Positions 1 to 9,762 of a stretch of DNA of 64,000 nt are shown here, one piece after another. Position numbers and translations under genes: made by a program. Below the pieces are notes generated by a model. That model was not told the DNA's origin. It saw only the letters and a program-made list of their open reading frames with translations, and ran no database searches. The DNA comes from an uncultured Methanosarcinales archaeon. GTDB lineage: Archaea > Nanobdellota > Nanobdellia > Woesearchaeales > GW2011-AR9. Every line of letters starts with the position of its first letter. The stretch's first letter is position 1. The DNA is taken from the NCBI GenBank assembly GCA_964343575.1, contig CAYFJV010000001.1, positions 472,705 to 536,704 of the forward strand, given 5' to 3'.

Positions 1-492
1 TTGAGCATAATTTATGTTAAGAAAATTTTTCTTCCCCCTGAATGCTCCCCTATTCATAACCAGGTCGTACAAAGTACTTCCATCTCTTAAAAGCCGGTCT
101 CTTGCTGAACTTCTTCGGTGTTTTAGCCTGGAGAAAGTTCCTAAAAGAAGTGCGCTCTTTACCACTTCTAGTTCATCTTCCTCCCCAGGATTTGCCCCAA
201 CATATAAATCGAAAGCTTGCTCAACACCTGCTGTTAACTGACTAAGCACAACAGTAGGATCTTGGTCAGAAGTGTTAACTATTTCCCTAAGTTTAGCATA
301 AGCTGCTTTTACTTCCTCAAAGCGACGCTCCTCTGGGTCTCCAGAGGCTGTTGAAAAGTCAATCAAAGCCCCAAGAATTCCAAAACTCACTAAGCCCCCA
401 CGAACCCTTGTGTCAGTAGTGTAGTCACCAACATCCCTAAAAAGAGTATAGAACTGTTCATCTGGTTTTCTATAAGGCCTAACTCTTCCCAT
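1..492 (-). CDS. hypothetical protein, runs off the left edge (MGRVRPYRKPDEQFY...)
   Basis: Hand-translated open frame of 164 codons from the ATG at 492 to the window edge with no stop; absent from the ORF track. Confidence 0.7.
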   Translation of the reverse strand, partial: MGRVRPYRKPDEQFYTLFRDVGDYTTDTRVRGGLVSFGILGALIDFSTASGDPEERRFEEVKAAYAKLREIVNTSDQDPTVVLSQLTAGVEQAFDLYVGANPGEEDELEVVKSALLLGTFSRLKHRRSSARDRLLRDGSTLYDLVMNRGAFRGKKNFLNINYAQ

Positions 493-571
493 TGGAAGAA
501 AGGACTAGAAAACAACATATAAACAATTCTCTTTTAGAAAAGATATAAAGGAATCTAAGAAGGCTGGATAA

Positions 572-1396
572 TCACTCCAAGACTGCTTTCAAAGACTGTA
601 AACCCACTTCTAACTGCTCATCACTTGGCTCTTTAGTAGTAATTCTTTGCAACCACAACCCTGGCTGAATCACAACTTTTACAAGAGGGTTACTAATAAA
701 CTTACTACTCAGCTTAATCGCCTCATAGGCAATTCCTGCAATCACGGGAATGAGTGCAATTCTTCCAAACAGTTCTACTACCCAATTACCAGGAATAAGC
801 ATAAAGACAATCACCGAAATGATCATTACCAAAAGTAAAAAAGAAGTACCACAACGTGGGTGAAATCTGCTAAACTTTCTTGCGTTCTTCACCGTAAGTT
901 CCTCTTTTGCTTCATAACAAGCAATGCTCTTATGCTCTGCCCCATGATACTGAAACAAGGTTTGCACATCTTTCATTCTTGAAATGATAAGCAAATAAGC
1001 AAAGAAAAGAACAAAACGAAATGCCCCATCTATGGCATCAAAAAGCATACCTTCTGAATGAATAAAACGTGCTGAGAAGAAAGGAAGCACTACAAAGATA
1101 AGAACTGAAAGAATAATTGAAGAAGCGATAGTAAGCACCGCCTCAGCAGTAGAAATTTTTTCATCTTTTTCAAGCTGCTGGTTAGAACTCCAAATGAGCG
1201 CTCGCACCCCATCATACATAGTATAAACCAGGCCCACAACTCCCCTCACAAAAGGAAATTTGAAAAACTTCGGAAACTGGCTACTTTTTTTCTTCAGAAT
1301 CTTGATGTCGCCATCTTTGTTTCTGACAGCTACAGCAAAAGTCTCTTTATTGCGCATCATTACGCCTTCAATCACTGCTTGACCACCGACATCCAT
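572..1396 (-). CDS. DUF1385/YqhQ-family membrane protein
   Basis: GGQAVIEGVMMR N-terminus, YHGAEHK and HPRCGTSF motifs. Confidence 0.9.
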   Translation of the reverse strand: MDVGGQAVIEGVMMRNKETFAVAVRNKDGDIKILKKKSSQFPKFFKFPFVRGVVGLVYTMYDGVRALIWSSNQQLEKDEKISTAEAVLTIASSIILSVLIFVVLPFFSARFIHSEGMLFDAIDGAFRFVLFFAYLLIISRMKDVQTLFQYHGAEHKSIACYEAKEELTVKNARKFSRFHPRCGTSFLLLVMIISVIVFMLIPGNWVVELFGRIALIPVIAGIAYEAIKLSSKFISNPLVKVVIQPGLWLQRITTKEPSDEQLEVGLQSLKAVLE

Positions 1397-1520
1397 CTTT
1401 GCTCAAAGAGGAGAAGAGCTATATAAAGATTTAGCCCAATTTCTCTCTTAACAAAGTTAATTCGTGGAGGAAAAAAGAAGAAAAAAGGGAACAAAAAGCG
1501 GGAGAAGGCTAGCTGAGTGC

Positions 1521-4070
1521 TTAGCCAAAAGAGGAGAGGCCCTTCTGAGAACTCTTTTTGAAAAGTTCATCCTCTGGGATGCCAAGGACATGTAAAATTG
1601 GTTCAACCGCAGGCAAGAGTTGTTTGTTAAGATAGTAATCGACATCATAACTCTTCTTCTCTTTCTTAAGCTCATCAAGGCGCTTAGCTTTGTCGCGGAT
1701 TAGACCCGTTCCTTCAGCAACCACATACTCAATGAGCATTCCTGTAGAGATTGGATGGCCTTCTTTTTTCATACGTTTTGCTACTGCCACATGTGGACTA
1801 AGCACCTTGTAAGAATCGAGTGGACGAGTAAGCTGCATTTTGATAGTCATTTGCTCAAGAGGGACTCTCTTTGCCCTTAGATCTTTAATGAGCTTTCTTA
1901 GAAAATTGAGCGCTTGCTCATTTTTCTCTTGCATGATTAGTTCGATAAAAGTTCTTTGCGCAGCTTTTGCAAACTTGCTCCAATTTCTACGCACCGTCTC
2001 AAAACCGACAATCTTTACTTTGTTCTTCTCATCAATAAGAGCATACTTCTTTTTTGCTCCACGCTCACTCTGCTTACTGGCAACAAAGAGCGCATGTGGA
2101 AAAAAACCTTCAAACTCTAACTCCATATGTCCTGGAAGATCTTTATTGATTTTGTCCACGAAATCGTGTGCTTGCTTTTGCGTTTTTTTGTTAAGAGCGA
2201 TCATTACACTGTCAGTATCAGAATAAATTACTTGAAAACCTGCAGCTTCTGCTTCTTTGATCACATCTTTGATATAATATCTTGCGTAAGCTGTAACTGA
2301 CCTGGCTGCATCCTTACTATACCATCTTGCCCCATAAAATCCCAAATAACCATAGAAGGAATTGGCGAGCACTTTGAGTGCATAGAGTCTTGAATCGATA
2401 AGTGTTGTATCTTCTTTTTTTGCCGCTTTTCTTTTTCTTTCCTTCTTGAGTTGCACACGCATTTCAATAATATCACCAAGTACCTTTGGAATCAGTGCAG
2501 TTTGTTTTGGATCTATCCATAACTTGTGTTCTGGTACTTGCACGGATCCCCTCTTTCTCTCTTTATGCAAGCTCTCTCTAGCCACATTGTGCGAAACAAT
2601 AATGGTGGGGTAAAGAGAGAGAAAATCAAAAACAACAACGTTCTTGTAAAAGTCTGGTTTTGGCTCGAAGACAAAAGCTCCTTGCACGGAGATACCCATT
2701 CGTTCTCGTATGACTCTTTCAGGGGGCTTGTTCGGGTTGATGAGGTTGAACTCGTCTTCTCTTTTGAGAAGGTAGCTTTCAACTAACTTTGAAAACTTCA
2801 TGCGAATCATATCATTGAGAGTGATATCAAGAAGACGGCAAAACTCAAACATAGGGACGATGAGTTGTTCACAGATTTTGTGGGAGAGATAGGCATCTTT
2901 AAGGTTGTACTTTGCAAAGTTGCTCAGCTCTTCATCCTTTTTTTGATCCCAAGCATCTGCAAGACCAGCAATATTTACTTCTACCTTCTTCTCATTGAGT
3001 AAAAGAGAGGACACGTTGTCAAGGGAATAGCTCTCTATTTTCCAATCTTTACCAAAAATATTTCTTACAAATTTGAAGGTGTCAATATGTGGTCTTCCAG
3101 TAATGGTTGCTGCCCCATTGCTGAGGTGTGCTCGTTTTTTGATTTTTATGTCGCTGTTGTCTAAGGCAATTGGAAGAGAAACTTTGTGCATCTCTGCTCG
3201 TTTCTTGATGTAAGGTAAATCAAAAGCATCTGAGAAGTAGCCCGTAATGAGGTCAGGGTTGAATTCATTTACGAGCTTTGCAAATCTCTCAAGCATTTCT
3301 GCCTCAGTTTTTTGAAATTCAATGTACTTGTGCTCTGTTTTGAACTTTTTCCAACTGAGCACTTTCTCAAATTTTTTTGTTCTTCCTGTTTTTGTTTTCT
3401 CCTCTCCGTGAACAGCAATCATAAGAATCGCATTTTTTTGCATATCAATTGCTCGCTCTTTGTTGTAGGTCTCTATATCAAAACCCAAAATTTTGATGTT
3501 TTCTGTAAAGTGCTGATCTTTCTTTTGGTCATTTTTGGCGAGCTTTGTTTTTTGGGAGAGAAAAGTTTTGCATTTTCTTTGATCTTTCTTTTGGTCTTTA
3601 CTTGAATCTGTTTCTTTTTCAAACTCCCCTTGTGCTTCCAAAAGAAGCGTTGGTGTGATCTCCTTATCTCTAAGATATTGTCTTGTTACAGGAATGTCTG
3701 CCTCATAGAAAGTGAGCCCTTTTCCTTTGAAGTGTTTAAGCAGGCCGAAAATTGTTGCAGGATGGTTAAGATAAAGTTTCCAAAAGGTTTGCTCTTGCGT
3801 AAAAAGTACTTTTTTTTCTTCTTCCCAAGAGAGAATTTTTCCAGTTAGTTCTTTTGTTTGACCCTTCTCTTTTATGCTGCAGGAGAAGTCTTGGAGGGCT
3901 TTTTGGAGTTTTTTGGTGTCGACCCCTTTGGTCGCAAGGTAGCAATAGGGCTGGAACTCTTCTTTTACGCAAACTTGCTCACCTTTTGGAGTCTTTCCAT
4001 AGAGCAAGATAAAGGTCTTTTCTTGCTCTGTGAAGTAGTCCAAGTCAAGGGCAAAGAATTGGAGTTTCAT
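1521..4070 (-). CDS. polB: family B DNA polymerase with 3'-5' exonuclease
   Basis: FDIET (ExoI), DFLSLYPTII, KVLANSFYGY and YSDTDS motifs; start moved to MKLQFF. Confidence 0.95.
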   Translation of the reverse strand: MKLQFFALDLDYFTEQEKTFILLYGKTPKGEQVCVKEEFQPYCYLATKGVDTKKLQKALQDFSCSIKEKGQTKELTGKILSWEEEKKVLFTQEQTFWKLYLNHPATIFGLLKHFKGKGLTFYEADIPVTRQYLRDKEITPTLLLEAQGEFEKETDSSKDQKKDQRKCKTFLSQKTKLAKNDQKKDQHFTENIKILGFDIETYNKERAIDMQKNAILMIAVHGEEKTKTGRTKKFEKVLSWKKFKTEHKYIEFQKTEAEMLERFAKLVNEFNPDLITGYFSDAFDLPYIKKRAEMHKVSLPIALDNSDIKIKKRAHLSNGAATITGRPHIDTFKFVRNIFGKDWKIESYSLDNVSSLLLNEKKVEVNIAGLADAWDQKKDEELSNFAKYNLKDAYLSHKICEQLIVPMFEFCRLLDITLNDMIRMKFSKLVESYLLKREDEFNLINPNKPPERVIRERMGISVQGAFVFEPKPDFYKNVVVFDFLSLYPTIIVSHNVARESLHKERKRGSVQVPEHKLWIDPKQTALIPKVLGDIIEMRVQLKKERKRKAAKKEDTTLIDSRLYALKVLANSFYGYLGFYGARWYSKDAARSVTAYARYYIKDVIKEAEAAGFQVIYSDTDSVMIALNKKTQKQAHDFVDKINKDLPGHMELEFEGFFPHALFVASKQSERGAKKKYALIDEKNKVKIVGFETVRRNWSKFAKAAQRTFIELIMQEKNEQALNFLRKLIKDLRAKRVPLEQMTIKMQLTRPLDSYKVLSPHVAVAKRMKKEGHPISTGMLIEYVVAEGTGLIRDKAKRLDELKKEKKSYDVDYYLNKQLLPAVEPILHVLGIPEDELFKKSSQKGLSSFG

Positions 4071-4179
4071 GAAGGGTTTTAGATCTTCTTTTCTTTTAAA
4101 GATTTTTCTTTGCTTTTTGGCTGAAAAAAAACATTTTTTCTGGCTAGATTTTATAAAAAAATCAATGAATTTATCCATT

Positions 4180-5256
4180 GTGGAAGCAGAGCTTGGAGAA
4201 TATGGCATGATTGGTAGAAGTGGACCTATGCTTCACTTATACAGAGAAATTGAAGTTATTACTTCAGCAGAGGAAAGTCTTTGGGCACCAGTGATTATCC
4301 AAGGAGAAAGCGGAACTGGGAAGGAATTGGTTGCTCAGGCACTCCACAGGTATGGAGCTCGTTCTGGAAGAAGATTCGTCGCTGTAAATTGTCCTGCTAC
4401 TCCCGGACCACTCATTGAGTCTGAACTTTTTGGTTATACCCCAGGTTCTTTTACAGGAGCAAACCCCAGAGGAAAGAAAGGAATTTGTGATTTAGCCAAT
4501 GGGGGAACTCTCTTTTTAGATGAAGTTGCAGACATGTCCCCAGCAATGCAGGTAAAACTTTTGCGTGTTCTTCAAGAGGGAAAGTATAGAAGGATTGGCG
4601 AGCAGACTGCAAAACATGATCTTGATGTTCGTTTGGTGGTTGCTTCTAGCAAAGGTCTTAAACAAGCTGTTAGGGAAGGAAGCTTCAGAGGAGACCTGTA
4701 TCACAGAATTAGTGGCTTTACTCTTAAAGTTCCAGCTCTTCGAGAGAGAAGAAGTGATATCCCCTTGCTTGCGGACTATTTCTTGGAGAAGGCAAGCCGA
4801 GATTTACGTTTCAGCCAGGATGCAAAAGAAGCACTTGCGGCATATGATTGGCCAGGAAATGTAAGGCAGTTAAGTGTAATGACTAGAAGCCTTGCAATTA
4901 GAGCCAGAGCTTCTCAGAGAGAAGAAATTGGAGAGGAAGAAATATTGCAAAACTTTGATGATGGTGAAGAAAATTATCCCGAAGAAAGATTAGAAGGCTT
5001 TCTTGGGAACACCATGGAAGTTTTTTTCTCTCAGCTGAGAGGGAGAGTTATTCAAGGAGACTTTAAAAGAGCAAAATATCTTGCACATGCAGCAACCCTT
5101 TATCATGCCTTAGAAAAAGGCGGAAATGTGACAAGGGCTGCAAAACGGTTAGGAATACAGGGCCCCAATTTTAGAAGAACGGCGAAGGTTCTTGCTCGAG
5201 AAACACAACTAGGAGTTAATGTTATCAACCTTTGGAAGAAACAAAGAGAAGAGTAA
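4180..5256 (+). CDS. sigma54-interacting AAA+ enhancer-binding protein (NtrC/PspF-like, no sensory domain) with Fis-type HTH
   Basis: GESGTGKE, ESELFG, GSFTGA, LFLDEV, FRGDLYHR, WPGNVRQL, GNVTRAAKRLGI; start uncertain (4165, 4180 or 4207). Confidence 0.92.
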   Translation: MEAELGEYGMIGRSGPMLHLYREIEVITSAEESLWAPVIIQGESGTGKELVAQALHRYGARSGRRFVAVNCPATPGPLIESELFGYTPGSFTGANPRGKKGICDLANGGTLFLDEVADMSPAMQVKLLRVLQEGKYRRIGEQTAKHDLDVRLVVASSKGLKQAVREGSFRGDLYHRISGFTLKVPALRERRSDIPLLADYFLEKASRDLRFSQDAKEALAAYDWPGNVRQLSVMTRSLAIRARASQREEIGEEEILQNFDDGEENYPEERLEGFLGNTMEVFFSQLRGRVIQGDFKRAKYLAHAATLYHALEKGGNVTRAAKRLGIQGPNFRRTAKVLARETQLGVNVINLWKKQREE

Positions 5257-5497
5257 AACGCCCTATTTTCTTTCCATCCGCAAAGACTTTCTTTGAAAGG
5301 AAATCTCTCTTTTTTCTCACCCACACAGGCTTAGGACCAAACTCTTCAGAATCATACTGGCCCTCATAGATCACAAGCTCTTCGAGTGTGTCACAATCTC
5401 TTGCAATCGCAATTATCTTGTAGGTTTTTCCTTTGAAATGTTTGTAAAGTGCTCCAACTTTAATGGGACTTTGTTCAGGAGATGTTTCTTCTTGCAT
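5225..5497 (-). CDS. DUF1653-family protein
   Basis: YKHFKG, ELVIYE and VWVR pattern. Confidence 0.85.
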   Translation of the reverse strand: MQEETSPEQSPIKVGALYKHFKGKTYKIIAIARDCDTLEELVIYEGQYDSEEFGPKPVWVRKKRDFLSKKVFADGKKIGRFTLLFVSSKG

Positions 5498-5528
5498 TGT
5501 AAGTTCTCGTATTGTAGAATTGTAAGTC

Positions 5529-6095
5529 TCAGGCCCTTCTCCTTAGAGATTTAAGAAGGTAATTATCGGTTTTCTTTCCTTTCTTTTTTGTGCTTGTTTG
5601 GCTTGCATCGGTTTTATCAAGTACCACTTCTGTATCCCCTGACTGCGCAGTGATTTGCTCGTGATCATGATCCTCAATAGTGAGCCCTTCTGTGAGTGAG
5701 CTTAACTGGATAAAAGCATCTTCCAAATCGTAATCTTCTAGATCTAAGGGCTGCCATTCTAAAGAAAGTTTGTCTTCTTGCACTCTTGGAATTACTTGCA
5801 TTGCAAAATGAGGAATACTTTGTCCTGCGCCAAGTCCATTTTCAACTAAGATATTTGTTCCGTGAGCTTGCAGCCCATCAAATAAAGAGACAGCGATCAT
5901 GTTGGCAAGTGTTGCCATTTTTGCAAAAGTTTGTTTGGGTAGCTGCTCCAAGATAGTGAAGTGTTCTTTTGGAATTATGGTAATTTGTCCTGGAGTGTAG
6001 GCTCGATCTGCAATGTAGGCTATGAGCTGCTCATCTTCGTAGATGATGCTTGGGTTGTCCTTCCCCGCTACAATTTGACAATAATCACATTCCAT
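5529..6095 (-). CDS. HIT-fold protein with degenerate triad
   Basis: CDYCQI, IIYEDE, IIPKEH, GQSIPHFAMQVIPR. Confidence 0.85.
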   Translation of the reverse strand: MECDYCQIVAGKDNPSIIYEDEQLIAYIADRAYTPGQITIIPKEHFTILEQLPKQTFAKMATLANMIAVSLFDGLQAHGTNILVENGLGAGQSIPHFAMQVIPRVQEDKLSLEWQPLDLEDYDLEDAFIQLSSLTEGLTIEDHDHEQITAQSGDTEVVLDKTDASQTSTKKKGKKTDNYLLKSLRRRA

Positions 6096-6106
6096 CTTCT
6101 AAAATC

Positions 6107-7195
6107 TTAAAATAAATCAGCAAGATCTCCTTTTGCCTTTTTGTTTGTGTGCTCATCTGCACTCTGTGTTTTCTTTTTCACTACTTTCTTCTTAGCTACT
6201 TTCTTTTTACTTGATTTTTTAGTAATTTTGACTTTCTTTGTTTTTGTTTTCTTTGCTTTTTTTTTGCTTGTCTTCTTCACTTTCTTTCTCTTTGAAGTCT
6301 TCCTAGCTTTCTTGTGCTTATGCGTGTTTGCATCGATATCAATGTCCAACTTTACTTTGTGACGTTCTTCAGAAGTAGGCATCCCGATATGTTCTCGCAT
6401 AACATCACTAAGACCCTCAACTGCTCCTTCGACAACTTCTTCAAAAACTTCCTCTGCAACTTCTTTGCCCACCTTTTTGATGGTTTCTTTTGCAGCTTTG
6501 GCAAACTTTTTGACTTTGCTTGGAGCTTCTGGTTTGGCTTCTTGCTGTGCTTGCTCTGTTTTCTGGTTTGCTGGACTAGTTACTGAATCATAAAGTGCTG
6601 CTGCTGCTTTCTCCTTCTGCTCTTTTTTCTCTTCTTGCTTTTCTTTGGAAGGTAATTTCTTTTGTTTTGAGAAGTCCTCATGCTTTCCAAGCAGTTTGTT
6701 GAGCTGCTTTTTCACCGTAACTTTGATATTCTCTCGTTTCTCTTGTTCAAGAGTGTGCGCTTCAAGCTCAAGAAGCTTATCTCCCTCTTTTCGAGGAATA
6801 ACATGAAGCATTACGTGCTGCGCTCGCTGTCCTGCTGCTGCGCCATTGGCAAGAAAAACACTTGTTCCTTCTGCACGCAAAGCCTTAAGCTGAAGATGAG
6901 AAATCTCTTTTGCAACAATGAAAAGGTGCTCAAGCACTTCTTTTGGAATCTGAGGCAAGATTGCATAATGTTGTTTTGGAAGAATAAGACAATGGCCTTT
7001 CGCAGCGGGTTTAATATCAAGAATCACCAGGGTTGTTTCGTCTTCATAGATCTTTCTGCTAGGAATCTTTCCTTGAATTATTTGGCAGAAAATGCACTGT
7101 TGCTTTTGTAGCTCAGCAAGCTCTTCTGGGCTCATATTCTTGAGCCGCTCTTGTATTTCTTGCTGCTGCTCTGGCGTGAGCTGTGAGAGATCCAT
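6107..7195 (-). CDS. HIT-fold protein with degenerate triad and long Lys-rich tail
   Basis: CIFCQII, GHCLILPKQH, GQRAQHVMLHVIPR; C-terminal KKTSKKKAKK-type repeats. Confidence 0.85.
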   Translation of the reverse strand: MDLSQLTPEQQQEIQERLKNMSPEELAELQKQQCIFCQIIQGKIPSRKIYEDETTLVILDIKPAAKGHCLILPKQHYAILPQIPKEVLEHLFIVAKEISHLQLKALRAEGTSVFLANGAAAGQRAQHVMLHVIPRKEGDKLLELEAHTLEQEKRENIKVTVKKQLNKLLGKHEDFSKQKKLPSKEKQEEKKEQKEKAAAALYDSVTSPANQKTEQAQQEAKPEAPSKVKKFAKAAKETIKKVGKEVAEEVFEEVVEGAVEGLSDVMREHIGMPTSEERHKVKLDIDIDANTHKHKKARKTSKRKKVKKTSKKKAKKTKTKKVKITKKSSKKKVAKKKVVKKKTQSADEHTNKKAKGDLADLF

Positions 7196-7270
7196 TGTTC
7201 TGAGCTAGGGAAAGAAGGGATTTAAATCTTTCGAGGGTAGAGGCTTTGTGCAGGAGAAGGAGAGTGGCAG

Positions 7271-8098
7271 TTAAAGAAACTCTTGCACATTCTTGAAGTG
7301 AAGCTTGGTGAACTCTAGAAAAGGAAGACCTTTTTTTTGTACTTGTTTGAGTGCTTCTTTTACATGAGTGCTTCCTTTTGGGAGAGGAAATCCTGCACGC
7401 TGGCTAAGATACTCCATTTGCTCTAAGGCAGCTGCTCGCGCCAGAATGGATGCTGCAGCAACTTCAATATACTTATGTTCTGCCTTCGTCTCAATGATAT
7501 CTCCCACAGTGCAGCCAGGATACTTGTCCACCACATGCGTGCCTGCTCCCAACTGCTTGGCAACTTTTTGATGCATCTTGTTGAGCATCTTAGTTGTACC
7601 ATCGTGTTTTTGTATACGGTTGTATTCTTTTGGGAGAAGTGAGACTATGTGGTTGTCAGTGATTTTTTTTATTTCCTGCGCAAGCGTTGGAATGTTTGTA
7701 TCAGTAAGCGTTTTGCTATCGGCAACACCAAGCTGGAGAAGCTTTTCTCGAATCTTTTCGTCTGCTCGCACCGCAGCAACAATAATACCTCCAAAGGTGT
7801 CTCCTTTAAGTGTTTCATCACTGCCAATGACCCAGCCAAGCTCTTTTCGAAAAGAGATCTGTTTTTGTTCCTTACCAATGCCTGCATGTGTGAGCTCCTT
7901 TCTGGTTTTCTCCACGCCTTCTTGGTTTCCTTGCAAGAGTAGCGTTCCTGATTTGAAAAGAATAAGTAAGACTTTGTTTTTTATTCCTCTGCTGTAGCGC
8001 AGCTGTTCGTGTTCTGTTTTTATTCTTCCCTCCTTGTACTTTCCTTTTTCTAGGAAGGGAATGAGTTTCTCTGGAGTGACTTGCTTAAAAGTGACCAT
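7271..8098 (-). CDS. rnhC: ribonuclease HIII-like protein
   Basis: N-terminal TBP-like segment (FKSGTLLLQG), IGSDETLKGDTFG, DSK, VAAASILAR, KLHFKN. Confidence 0.8.
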   Translation of the reverse strand: MVTFKQVTPEKLIPFLEKGKYKEGRIKTEHEQLRYSRGIKNKVLLILFKSGTLLLQGNQEGVEKTRKELTHAGIGKEQKQISFRKELGWVIGSDETLKGDTFGGIIVAAVRADEKIREKLLQLGVADSKTLTDTNIPTLAQEIKKITDNHIVSLLPKEYNRIQKHDGTTKMLNKMHQKVAKQLGAGTHVVDKYPGCTVGDIIETKAEHKYIEVAAASILARAAALEQMEYLSQRAGFPLPKGSTHVKEALKQVQKKGLPFLEFTKLHFKNVQEFL

Positions 8099-8139
8099 TG
8101 TAGATCTCTTAGAGAAGGCTAGGGGTTTAATTAAAGTTG

Positions 8140-8733
8140 CTATCTTTTTCTCTCTTCAGGACATTGCTCAAAAACATTCTGGTGCAAAGAATAATCAGTG
8201 AGGAGAAAGGGAAGGTCTACTTCATCAGAATTTCTGATAGGAATAACGGTTCGTAGTCCAGTAATCTCTTCTCCCACAGCAGCATAAAAAGGAATTTCTC
8301 TCCCATCAACTTCAAAAGTGTAGACTTGTGTTTGCACCCTGCAAACTCTTGAGATTCTTGTCTCCCCAACTGCATCCCTTTCTAATTCTCCTTGATGGAA
8401 ATACATTCCAACTGCCTTTCCAAAAAAGTCTTCTGGGTTGGCCCGAATTTTTTCAAACACAAGACCATTAGCATGCTCTTGCAAGCCATAAAGATCTTCC
8501 TCTGGGGCGGTATCAGTAGGTGCTTGAATAGAAACACCTCCACCATGATCGTGCCCTCCAAGTAAGCAAGCCAGGTTTGGCACATAAAAATGAAGAAATG
8601 TTGCAAAGGATACTCCTGCGGCGGCTCCCGTAAAATCTGCAACTATCCTAGCAACGGGAGAACTATCCAAAAGGGACTCTAAACGGGAGAGGACTCCTCC
8701 ACTAGTACTCGAATAACTTTCTCTGATCTGCAT
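8140..8733 (-). CDS. hypothetical protein with an N-proximal hydrophobic segment
   Basis: ORF filling the gap between the two RNase H genes; start uncertain. Confidence 0.55.
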   Translation of the reverse strand: MQIRESYSSTSGGVLSRLESLLDSSPVARIVADFTGAAAGVSFATFLHFYVPNLACLLGGHDHGGGVSIQAPTDTAPEEDLYGLQEHANGLVFEKIRANPEDFFGKAVGMYFHQGELERDAVGETRISRVCRVQTQVYTFEVDGREIPFYAAVGEEITGLRTVIPIRNSDEVDLPFLLTDYSLHQNVFEQCPEERKR

Positions 8734-9370
8734 CTGCTTGCACCTTTTTGTAAGAAGCCCAGCTCTTTCTAAAATGCTTCGCATGTTTTTGATAATATTT
8801 CTTGAGAAAGTCTTGCGTCTTTGGATCGCTCATATAGCCAGAGCCACAATCAACACCAGTCTCTTCTTTGATCTTTTCAACTTGCAAATCTCGAATAACT
8901 TTAGCAACAATTGATGCCGCTGCAACCACAGGATACTTCATATCTGCCTTATGTTCAACAATGAATTCTGTACTTTTCTTTACTCCTTCACTGACTCTGC
9001 TCAGAAGGTAGTCTTTATAGGCGGGAGGATTGGTACTTGGACAGTCCACATAAGCTTTGTTCGGTTTCAGCTCTGAGAGCATCTGCGCGCTCACCTCTGC
9101 TTCTAACCAATTAAGATTAAGGTTCTCATCTTCGTCAATTGCATGATCTATTGCGCTAGGCTCAACTACCTGAACACGAAAATCGAGCACCACTTCTCGA
9201 ATACGCTCGAAAAGCTCTTCACGAAGTTCTTTGCTAAGCAGCTTACTATCTTTAACGCCCATCCACTTGAGTTTTTGCTCCGCCTCTTCGTCTACAGCAA
9301 GCGCTACCATAACCATGGGTCCAAACACAGGCCCTCGTCCTGCTTCATCAATACCTACAGAGATTACCAT
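8702..9370 (-). CDS. rnhB: ribonuclease HII
   Basis: GIDEAGRGPVFGPMV, KDSK, VAAASIVAKV, GSGY, C-terminal PIP-like QRKLFEY. Confidence 0.95.
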   Translation of the reverse strand: MVISVGIDEAGRGPVFGPMVMVALAVDEEAEQKLKWMGVKDSKLLSKELREELFERIREVVLDFRVQVVEPSAIDHAIDEDENLNLNWLEAEVSAQMLSELKPNKAYVDCPSTNPPAYKDYLLSRVSEGVKKSTEFIVEHKADMKYPVVAAASIVAKVIRDLQVEKIKEETGVDCGSGYMSDPKTQDFLKKYYQKHAKHFRKSWASYKKVQADADQRKLFEY

Positions 9371-9476
9371 TGGAATTTTTTAGCAAAATAGCACGTTCTC
9401 TTAAAAATCTTAAGAAAGAAAGAGATAGGAAACAGGTGAACTTGAGAAGAAAAGAGAGGAAAAATCAGTGAAAAGG

Positions 9477-9761
9477 TTAGAGGCCAAAAGCATCAGTAAA
9501 CTCTCGCATTCTACGAAACTCAGAGAGAAAGCCAAGTCCTTTATCAGTGATATGCACGATTTTTGAGGTTGTTTTTTTACTGGTAACTTCCCTTACCTCG
9601 ATCATTTCTTTGTTCTCAAGTTCTTCTAGGTAAGCACTGAGAAGTTTATGAGAGAGGTTTGACTTGTACATAAGATGGGTTGGTTTAATCTGGCCACCTT
9701 TATTCTGAATCGCAGCTAAGATGTCAAATACCAATTCCAAACGTGAACGTCTTCCAGCCAT
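9477..9761 (-). CDS. archaeal winged-helix transcription regulator
   Basis: RRSRLE, KPTHLMYKSNLS and ITDKG pattern. Confidence 0.8.
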   Translation of the reverse strand: MAGRRSRLELVFDILAAIQNKGGQIKPTHLMYKSNLSHKLLSAYLEELENKEMIEVREVTSKKTTSKIVHITDKGLGFLSEFRRMREFTDAFGL

Positions 9762-9762
9762 T

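Noticed and set aside
1521..4070. Inactivated PolB or intein
   Set aside because: Catalytic motifs are intact and there is no intein-sized insertion
4069..4208. Apparent head-to-head overlap of polB and the bEBP gene
   Set aside because: Artefact of longest-ORF calling; realistic starts (4070 and about 4180) leave a normal divergent promoter region
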